Shown here in pieces: positions 25,917 through 35,440 of a stretch of 64,000 bases of DNA. The DNA comes from Octopus sinensis (taxonomy: Eukaryota). A model generated the notes under the pieces. That model did not search any database. It worked only from the letters and a program-made list of their open reading frames with translations, and was not told the origin of the DNA. The stretch lies in the NCBI RefSeq assembly GCF_006345805.1, contig NC_043021.1:15624001-15688000 (forward strand), written 5' to 3'. Position 1 is the stretch's first letter. Every line of letters starts with the position of its first letter. The position numbers and the translations under genes are program-made.

Positions 25917-25962
25917 GATACCTGATGAAGGCTGGTGGGTGTATCAGCCGACATGTAGTGTT
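25917..25962 (+). ncRNA. Degenerate minimal type I hammerhead ribozyme
   Basis: GAUAC CUGAUGA A GGCUG-N10-CAGCC GACAU GUA GUGUU: stems I and II form, but the GAAA core is mutated to GACA. Confidence 0.6.
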
Positions 25963-26059
25963 AACAACAAACAAGACGAAGACAAATATCCGTCAAATGT
26001 AAATAATGTTCTTGTTTTTGTTATTGTCTCTCATTTGTTGTTTTTGTTTTATTTTCCAG

Positions 26060-26137
26060 CAATGTAAAGGCAAATATCAACGGGCAATATTATACGTATC
26101 AGGGGACGCTCTTCGAGTTGTAGATGAAATAAGCAAG
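26060..26137 (+). CDS. numb: Numb PTB-domain coding exon (QCKGKYQRAILYVSGDALRVVDEISK), phase 0-0
   Basis: Acceptor ttttattttccag and donor AAG|gtaagg; 78 nt. Matches Numb L.VS.DGLRVVDE.K and is in frame with both neighbouring exons. Confidence 0.95.
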
Positions 26138-27190
26138 GTAAGGAATCTTTTTGGTCACTCTGGGAAAAACAAAAAAAGAGATGCAATCCTGGCTGAGAGT
26201 AAATTAAAGACAAATTCTTCATTGACAGTCTTGCTCAGGCAGCTGGGTGAGTGGCAGTTGGATAAGTGCAACTCGGGTGAGTGTAACGGCTGAGTGGCAG
26301 CTAGTTGTATGGTAATGGGTGAGAGGTAAAGGGTGAATGACAGATAGGTAAGTGGTATTCATAAAAAAAAAATTTTTTAAACTGTTAAATATTTAACCCT
26401 TTAGCATTTATATGACTATATCCAGCCCAAATATTCTACTTGTTTTATATTCAAACCAGCCAGATCTGGCCTCTCACACCTATCCTACAATGTCATTCTA
26501 AAGATAAACAATCACTTCATAGCTATACGATAATGCATGGCTAATTCCGTCTTCCATGCTGGCATAGTTTGGATGGTTTGACAGGAGCTGACGAGCCAGG
26601 GGACTGAACTAGGTTCCAATCATTTCTTTTGATATGGTTTCTGTGGCTGGATGTCCTTCCTAACACCAACCACTTTACAGAAGGTGGGTACTGGATGCTT
26701 TTTAAACTGATGTTTGGAACAATGGGAATAAATAAGCATTATTATTATTATTATTATTCTCTGGCTGGTTGCCCTTCCTAAGACCAGTCACTTGGGTCCT
26801 TCTTATGCTGCCGTTTAGAACATAAATAAATGTGGAAGTTTGATAGGGTTTAGTTTCAGTTCCTTTAAAACAGAAAGTTTATATAAAATAGACTCAAGGG
26901 TGGACTCAGATGGGTTGATAACAAAAGAATGAATTTATATGGGTGAGATATTCACTTCCCAACCATATGGTTTCTGGTTCAGTCCTACTGTGTTGTACTC
27001 TGAACAGTGTATCTGCTACTACAGCCCCAGGTCAACAAAAGCTTTCTCAGCGGATTTGGTAGACAGAAACTGAGAGAATCCTGTACCCATCATCATTGTC
27101 GTTGTTTAATGTCTCCTTCCCATCCTGGCATGGGTTGGATGGTTTGATTGAGGATGGTAAGCCAGAAGGCTGTACCAGGCTCCAATATAA

Positions 27191-27232
<42 letters not shown>

Positions 27233-27253
27233 TATATATTATATATATATATA

Positions 27254-27435
27254 GGCACGTAAAAAGCACCCACTACACTCACGGAGTGGTTGGCGTTAGG
27301 AAGGGCATCCAGCTGTAGAAACACTGCCAGATCAGACTGGGCCTGGCGCAGCCTTCTGGCTTTCCAGACCCCAGTTGAACCGTCCAACCCATGCTAGCAT
27401 GGAAAGCGGATGTTAAACGATGATGATGATGATGT
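27254..27435 (+). mobile_element. 5'-truncated young family C copy within (TA)n
   Basis: Nearly identical to 1552-1725. Confidence 0.88.
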
Positions 27436-27440
27436 ATATA

Positions 27441-27473
<33 letters not shown>

Positions 27474-30364
27474 ATATGGGGTGGGGGGTTGTATTGCCTT
27501 GTCTTGACGTCCCATTGTGGCTATAGACAAGTGGTATCCTGTGTCTCCAGTCTTCCATGAAAATGTGCAGTCATGCAGAAATATTACCTTACCTGGGAAA
27601 TAGGTGAGGGTTGGTGACAGGAAGGGCATCTGGCTGTAGAAAATCTGCCTCAACCAATTCGATCTGACCCATGCAAGCATGGAAAAGTGGTCATTAAAAC
27701 AATTATCATGATGACTGAATGAATTATTTTTCTGGTCAGTCAATTTTTCTCAATGTCTTTTGTAGTAATAAGGTAGGGTACATAATATTCTTGTTTTTGG
27801 TCAGGAGCTAAAAAGAACAAATTTCATCAAAAGTCATGTAGCTTATGATCTCCTCCACATGAAAAGATGTACCCCTATGTCAAAACTCAGCTACCTACGT
27901 GTAAAACTCTCATCTACAATGTGGAACATTGCATGGATTGACTTTTATATGTCAAAATATCAATTGTGTATCCCACTCTCAGATTGAACTTAAGACCTCT
28001 CTCCTTCAAATCCAACATTATAACCTACCTACTAATCTAATTAGCCACTGTCTCTGGCAATAACACTGATTTGACATTTCAAAAGATGAGAGGATTAAAC
28101 AGAGTGGAGTGAGGGGTGCCTATAAAAATCCTGAATATAGATTATTTATGTAATTAAAATGCATTGTCCATAATTACAATATTCAGTAGCATATTTTTAT
28201 TTCTTCTGCTAACAGAGCTTCTGCCTGGCCTCAGGATTAGACTGTTGGGCTCTTGATTATGAGTGTGGTTCCTAGACTGGGCGACACGTGTCTTCATGTG
28301 ATCAGAGGCACTTTAGCTTGTGTTGGTTCTAGCCTTCCTTTTGTAAAGTTACTAGGATGGGATTTTTTAGGGAGATTTCACGGCTATTTCTGCATGGCAC
28401 TTACTCTAGTTCTAGGCCGACCAGTGCCCTGTAAGTGAATTAGGGTGTGTGGGGAAACTGAAAGAAGCCCATCGTGTATGTATGCTTGTGTATGCGTGCA
28501 CGTATGTGTGCTCTTTGTCTTAACATTGCGTGATAGTTGTAGATGATTGCCATGTCATACAAGCAGTGTCATTCATTTCTAATGTTCTGTGGAAGCACGC
28601 CTGGCTGTCAGGAAATATCACCTTGCTTGGAAACAGGTGAAGGTTAGTGACAGAGAGAGCATCCAGCTATGGAAAATTTACTTCAACAAGTGGACGTTAA
28701 TACAATACTGCAGCTATTGCTTCTGATGATGATGGTGGTGATGGTGATGATGATGATTATGCTGATAATTCAAACTTCTAGTTCATTGCAGAGTGAGAAA
28801 CCAACCAGTTATATGAATCAGAACCCAATTCTAGAATTACCTTACTTTTGTCATAATTTGAAATAGCCTCAACCTGTATGCATGTGGGTGGGTGTGTGGG
28901 CGTTTGCATTGCCTGTAAATGCCGTATTGTCTTCCCTGTCCACAGAAACAGATCCGAATGTTGAGAAGGAAATATCAAAGGTCTTTGGACTTAAGTAGAG
29001 AAATAATTAATTCATTTACTGTTTTGTTATTTTTTTTTACTCTACTTAAGTAGAGGAAAAATGAGAACAAAGCTCGCTTCCCAACCACATGGTTTCAGGT
29101 TCAATCCTTCCATGTGGCACCTTGGGGCCAGTGTCTTCTATAGTTCCTGGTCAACCAAAGCTTAGGAGTGTATTTGGTTGATGGAAACTGAAAGCAGCTC
29201 ATTGTATGTATGTATATGTGTGTGCATATATGGGTACAGGACGTCACTAACTGTGTAAACAACATGAAATATGTAGACAAAGGAGTTAAATACATAAACA
29301 AGAGGGAAAAAAAGGAAAACAAGTAAACACAGAGAAACGTCCCTTCATCAGTTGTCAGCTGTCTATCTACTCTTCATTTCGAGCATTCAACGACAATATG
29401 AGTCTTCAAAGACAGTTGCTCCCATAAATTCTAAAATGAAATTAAGGATTTATGGAGGGTCAAAGTTGGGAACAAAAACAGGACAGTGGAGACATACAAG
29501 GAAACCAAACGTGAACAAACATGAGGGTCATTAGACCAGAATGAGAGGAAAATAGTGATGTCTGGGAGAAATATTTTCTTTGAAAAGAGAAAAGATAGAA
29601 GAGAGAAAAAAAACATCCAGTCCTTTGAACGTCTGTGTGTGTGTATATGTATGTGTTTGTCCCCCACGATTGCTTGACACCAGTGTTGCTGTATGTCCTC
29701 ATAACTTTGCAGTTCAGCAAAAAAAAGATTGTGACAATAAATGTCCAGTTTTAACAAAAATGTAAGTATTGGGCGGGGCACTTTTTTTTTTTTTCAACTT
29801 AACACTTCAAAGTAGTGCTCCAGTATGGCTGCAGCCCAATGACTGAAACAAGTAACAGATAAAAGATAAACTGAAGTTCAAATACTGCCAGAGTCAACCC
29901 TGCTTGTCATCTCTTTGGAGTTGAGAAACACCCACATGGGGAAAATTAATGGGGTTCAGAATATACTGTAAAGCAAATTTTTCTGGGACCTCCTCTTTTC
30001 ACAGAGTGTCCTATTTACTGAGGTCAGTGGAGTCTTTTACTGGGGTGGGGTGGCAGTGGGCAGGGGAGGCGGTTCTTAGCACTCAGCAACTCGTTCATCT
30101 TTCATCACCTGTATTGTGGCTGTCGTCCCCTCTCGAAGCCCCACTCTGCTCACTGTGTCCTTCCTTCCCAGAATTAACTTTCTGCTCATGTTTATCCTGC
30201 AGCCATTAACTATTCAACAGCAAATGTTTACCACATGAATCTCACCCATCTTGGGAAAAATACTACAAAAGCTATGGGCATAGCTTCTTCTTCCAGATCA
30301 ATCCAATAAGGAAATATCATCATAATCATCATTTAATGTCCGTTTTCCATGCCGACATACTCTA

Positions 30365-30760
30365 CTCTTTTACTTGTTTCAGTCATTTGACTGCGGCCAT
30401 GCTGGAGCACTGCCTTTAGTCGAGCAAATCAACCCCGGGACTTATTCTTTGTAAGCCTAGTACTTATTCTATCGGTCTCTTTTGCCGAACCGCTGAGTGA
30501 TGGGGATGTAAACACACCAGCATCGGTTGTCAAGCAATGCTAGGGGGACAAACACAGACATACAAGCACACACACATACATATATACATATATATATATA
30601 TACGACAGGCTTCTTTCAGTTTCCGTCTACCAAATCCACTCACAAGGCATTGGTCGGCCCAGGGCTATAGCAGAAGACACTTGCCCAAGATTCCACGCAG
30701 TGGGACTGAACTCAGAACCATGTGGTTGGTTAGCAAGCTACTTACCACACAGCCACTCCT
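30365..30760 (-). mobile_element. SINE family B
   Basis: Reverse complement match. Confidence 0.9.
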
Positions 30761-31130
30761 TAGTTGGACGATTCAACTGGGGCCTGGAAAGCCAGGAGAC
30801 TGCAACTGACTCCAGTCTGATCAGGCAATGTTTCTACAGCTGGATGCCCTTCCTAACATCAACCACTCTGATAGTGTAGTGGGTGCTTTTTACGTGCCAC
30901 TAGCACAGGGGCCAGAGTGGGTTGGCATCGACCATGATCAGATGGTGCTTTTTTACATGCCACCGGCACGGGAGCCAGCTAAGATGGTGCTGGCATCGGC
31001 CACGTTTGGATGGTGCTTTTCACATGCCACCGACACAGAAGCCAGTCAGCGCAAGGGGTCTGGCATTGACCATATTCGGATGGTACTTTTTACGTGCCAC
31101 AAACACAGGGACCACAACTACAATTTCCAT
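30760..31130 (-). mobile_element. Family C copy with 4 tandem ggtgctttttacgtgccac modules
   Basis: Direct reading. Confidence 0.8.
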
Positions 31131-31559
31131 TTGATTGTGACAAAAGAAAATCATGCTAACAACTTGTTAATTATGACCACTGAAGGTAGTTTACTTAATT
31201 TTCTGAACCGACTGTTCAGGTAGCTTGGTCAGCTAGAAATAGCAGTCAAATCTGTCACAAACAAAGAAGGACACAATGGATAACACACTGAGTAAAAAAG
31301 CTTGGCTGGTCGTACGTGGTTGGATTCACCTGAATATCACTTTTTTTTTATTTTTATTTTTTTATCTAGTAGCCTTCACATACACACACTCAAGTATGTG
31401 GATGTATGTGTGTCCAACCTATGGAAGGCAGACGTTAAATGATGGTGATAATTGTGTGTGTGTGTGTGTGTGTGTGTATGAATCCAAGCTTAAATGTTGG
31501 TTTACGTTCTTTGTCAGCTTCTAAACGTTTTATCTCTCTAATTCTTTCTCCAAATCCAG

Positions 31560-31700
31560 AGCATGATTGTTGACCAAACTATAGAGAAGGTTTCTTTTTG
31601 CGCTCCTGATCGAAATCACGATAAAGGTTTTGCTTACATCTGCCGAGATGGTACGACGAGGCGGTGGATATGCCATGGTTTCATGGCTATCAAAGAATCA
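31560..31700 (+). CDS. numb: Numb PTB-domain coding exon ([47 protein letters not shown]), phase 0-0
   Basis: Acceptor ttctttctccaaatccag and donor TCA|gtaagt; 141 nt. Contains the diagnostic Numb string [17 protein letters not shown]...[14 protein letters not shown]. Confidence 0.97.
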
Positions 31701-32797
31701 GTAAGTGTCAGTAAATTTTTTATTGTTCTTTTTTTTTTCCTAATCTTTTCTCTTTGATTTTTTTTTTTTTTTTTTTTTTTTGCAACCAATTTTTAATTTC
31801 TAATTTCTAATACTAATTTTTACAGAAAGCATAATTACTAACAAAATTACATCATTTTCCATTTTTACCTTTTTCCTTTCATCCCTCTGGCTTATAATTT
31901 CCCCCCCGACAGCTACTTCTCCATATGTCTATGAATGTAGGAAAACAGATCTTCGAAACTAAATATTTTACATACAAAATAGCTAAACACATTAATAACA
32001 ATCATTATAATAAACGAAATAATAAGTAAATAAATAAATGATAATAAATTAATTAATTAAAAGCTACTCAACTGAAAATTAGAGCTCAGACAATTTTATT
32101 GTTCAATTTGTTATTTGTAACGAGCTGAATATTATTTTCTTTCAAATTATATTTTGTTGGGGACAGACTGTGGAACAGTTAAATGTTATTAGTATTTTTC
32201 TCTGCTTTTAATTAGAATGTATGCGTGTGTATATGTGTCTGTCAGTGCATGGGTATCTGTGTGTGTGTGTCTGTCTATCTGCTCTGTTGTATATCTGTGT
32301 GTGTCTATCTGCTCTGTTGTATATCTTTGTGTGTGTGACTGTGTTTGTATTCATTTTCATTCCTCGTTATATCAAAGTCTGCTTGTCTATCTCCATGCTA
32401 AATATCATTGGCGGCAATCTAGTTATGATGCCTAAAATAAAACGTTTTTTTTTTTGTTTTTTTTCCCCCAAAACGGCTTTGTTTCACCAATCTAGTTTGA
32501 GAGAGTGTGAAGTTTGAACCAGAAGGCAAGTCTTCCATTCCTGCCCCCCCCCCCCACCACCATCATCACCTGCCACCACCCACCCCTTCCCATTGGCCAG
32601 TGATGCCTCATTACCATATATCTTCCACAAATTATTCAGAAAGTAATTACAGTTTTAAAACACTGTTAATTATTTAGTCAACAAGAACTTGACCTGCATT
32701 TTGCTCTGTATTCCAATTATCTCTTTCTCCCCCTCCCCCCTCTCTCTCTCTACAACTCTATCTCTGTGTCTGTCTGTCTGCTTCTCTCTCTCTCTAT

Positions 32798-32831
<34 letters not shown>

Positions 32832-32923
32832 CACATATGTCTGTCTCTCTCTCTCTCTATATATATACATATGTCTGTCTCTCTGTCTGTCTCTCTCTCT
32901 ATATATATATATACATATGTCTG

Positions 32924-32955
<32 letters not shown>

Positions 32956-33200
32956 CACATGTCTGTCTCTCTCTCTCTCTTGTCTTGCTTCACCTCTCCC
33001 TCCCATCTCTCTCTCCCCTAACTCTATCTTTGCATCTGTCTGTCTCTTTCTCTCTCTAAACATATACATGTGTCTGTCTGTCTGTCTCTCTCTCTCCTCT
33101 GCTTCTTTATCTCTCTTTCTCCCTCTCCCTCCTTCACTGTATTCTTGTTTCTCTATCTCTCTCTCTCCTCTCACTCACCCTATCTCCCTCCCACCCCTCA

Positions 33201-33270
<70 letters not shown>

Positions 33271-33434
33271 TTCAAATCACATTCTTGTGTGTATTTTCCT
33301 TCAAGGACCGTTAACAGGTAATGAAGCTTTCATTTGCAGACCAATACTAATGTCACAGACATATCAATATAGCTAAACTGCCACTCCAAGCAAAAATAGT
33401 TTCCAGGCAAAATAAAATGTGTGCAGTTTTGCAG

Positions 33435-33705
33435 ATCATGGCCATGTGGTTGAGAATCATGCTTTGCAACCACATGGTTCCAGGTCCAGTCTCACTCTGC
33501 AGCACCATGGGCATGCACCTTCTTCTAAGGACCTGTGCTAAACAATGCCCTGTGAGTGAATTTTGTCAACAGAAACTGTAAACCGATTTTATATATGTAG
33601 ATATATTCCAGGTTCAGTCCCATTGCATAGCACCTTGGGCAAGTGTCTTCTACTCTAGCCTTGGGCCGACAAAAAGTACATGAAAGCTGAAAGAAGCCCA
33701 TTGTG

Positions 33706-33742
<37 letters not shown>

Positions 33743-33955
33743 TTATGTGTATGTCTTTGTGTTTCCACCACCACTACCACCATCTTTTGACAACTGATGC
33801 TGGTGTGTTTATGTCCCTGAAACTTTAGCAGTTCAGCAAAAGAAACCGATAGCATAAGTACTCGGCTTACAAAGAATAAGTCCTGGGGTCAATTTCTTCA
33901 ACTAAAGGCGGTGCTCCAGCATGGCCACAGTGAAATGACTGAAACATATAAAAAA
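33435..33955 (+). mobile_element. SINE family B, diverged, with a duplicated head segment
   Basis: Two ccaggttcagtcc..gcaccttgggc segments followed by the body and tail. Confidence 0.8.
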
Positions 33956-34559
33956 AAAAAAGAGTAGATATACATACATACATACATACAAACATACATA
34001 CATACATACAGTCTGACTTGTTCAAGCAAGGAAAAGTAAATGTTAAAATGATGATGTATGTGTAAATTCATATTTGTTTCTTCTCTACCCTCACCACTTA
34101 ACAACCAATGCTGGTTTATTTATGTCCTAAAACACAGGCAAGTTTTTTTTCAAAGAAACCCCTCAGAGTGCTGCCCAAACATGGCAACTATCCAACAACA
34201 CCTGAAAATATAAATGAAGAAAAATGATAAATAAAAGTCCATAATATGCTGCAGACAAGAGATCAGAGTACAGATTCAAACTCATGTTAAACTGGACCTC
34301 TTAAGCCAAGCAGTTTGCTTGCTTACTATCCCTGTTTTAATTTGCACCCCCTGCATATTGCACTGTTCGCTAATTAATAGGAAGAAAGTTATTCAGTTTG
34401 GAAACGCATCTTCATCGTCGTTTTACATCTCCTTTCCATACTGACATGGGATGGACATGTTGCTACAGCTGGGCTCAGTACATATTCAGAAGTACTGTTC
34501 ACCCAGACATGTCAGATGATCATATCTTGCTTGCATATTTCATTTTCGGCTTTGTTTCC

Positions 34560-35040
34560 GTAACTGGATGTCCTTCCTAACTCCAACCACTTCACAAAGA
34601 GTACTGGGTGCATTTTATTTATTTATTTTTTTGCACTAGCCCTATATAGCTGTCATGTCCCCAACAAGACTAAAAGGCTCTGGCAACCTACACTTTACAG
34701 TGTATTTGGTGCTATTTTCACTGCACAAGCACTAGAGAGGTAAGCATGTCCTTGACACAATCAGTCCTTGTAAGCTTACACTTTACAATGTCTACAGGGT
34801 GCTTTTCATGTGGTACCAGTACTAAAGTTGGAACTATGTTCTTGACAAGATTATAGGGTTCTTACACTTTATAGAATGTATACTGGGTGCTTTTCTCATG
34901 GCACCAGCCCTGGAGAGGTAACCATGCCCCTCACATAACTACAGGGTCCTCATCCCCTTACACTTTTCAGTGTGTTCACAGGGTTCTTCCATTGTGGCAC
35001 CAGCAGATGAAAGGTATGACTAAACTTAGCCCCAGCACCC
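34560..35040 (+). repeat. Old degenerate ~90-bp tandem array (about 5 units) from the same SINE module, in opposite orientation
   Basis: Recurring cttacactttacagtgt..ctgggtgcttttcatgtggcaccagcac..gaggtaaccatgtccttgac. Confidence 0.65.
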
Positions 35041-35115
35041 CTGCTCATCTACCAGCCTCTTTACAGAGTGATAGACACATGAATGATAGTTATAAGTGAT
35101 ATTTATAAATATGTA

Positions 35116-35351
35116 GAGGCGCAATGGCCTAGTGGTTAGGGCAGCGGACTCGCGGTCGCAGGATCGCGGTTTCGATTCTCAGACTGGGCGTTGTGTGTGT
35201 TTATTGAGCGAAAACACCTAAAAGCTCTACGAGGCTCCGGCAGGGGGTGGTGATCCCTGCTGTACTCTTTCACCACAATGGCGGTGCCCCAGCATGGCCA
35301 CAGCTCAACAGCTGAAACTGGAAAAACAAAAAACAAAACAAACAAACAAAA
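35116..35351 (+). mobile_element. Chimeric SINE: family D 5' half joined to the AATGGCGGTGCCCC tail
   Basis: Matches the 9120 copy up to ctgtactcttt..ccacaa, then switches to the tail plus (CAAA)n. Confidence 0.8.
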
Positions 35352-35440
35352 TATCTTGCAAGCACTTGGTGACCTTGTCAGTGCAGGCACCACTTAAAAG
35401 CACCCAGTTCACACTGTAAAGTGGTTGGCGTTTGGAAGGG

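Larger units (their letters stand above)
25545..26001. mobile_element. Palindromic non-autonomous element: tRNA-like head + (AAT)n linker + Penelope-like terminal region with a degenerate hammerhead, in inverted duplicate
   Basis: The two ~220-bp arms are reverse complements. A-box-like TAGCATAGTGA and B-box GAGTTCGATTCC are present, as are CTGATGA..GAAAC cores. A 12-bp direct repeat AATAATGTTCTT lies at 25533-25544 and 26002-26013. Confidence 0.8.

Noticed and set aside
29335-29355. CTGATGA on the minus strand (also 61855 minus and 18468 plus)
   Set aside because: No stem II plus GAAA partner at a workable distance; these are half-motifs only.
33306-33317. 12-nt exon-like segment GACCGTTAACAG with donor gtaatg
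   Set aside because: In phase 0 it reads D-R-stop, and the acceptor is a weak AAG.
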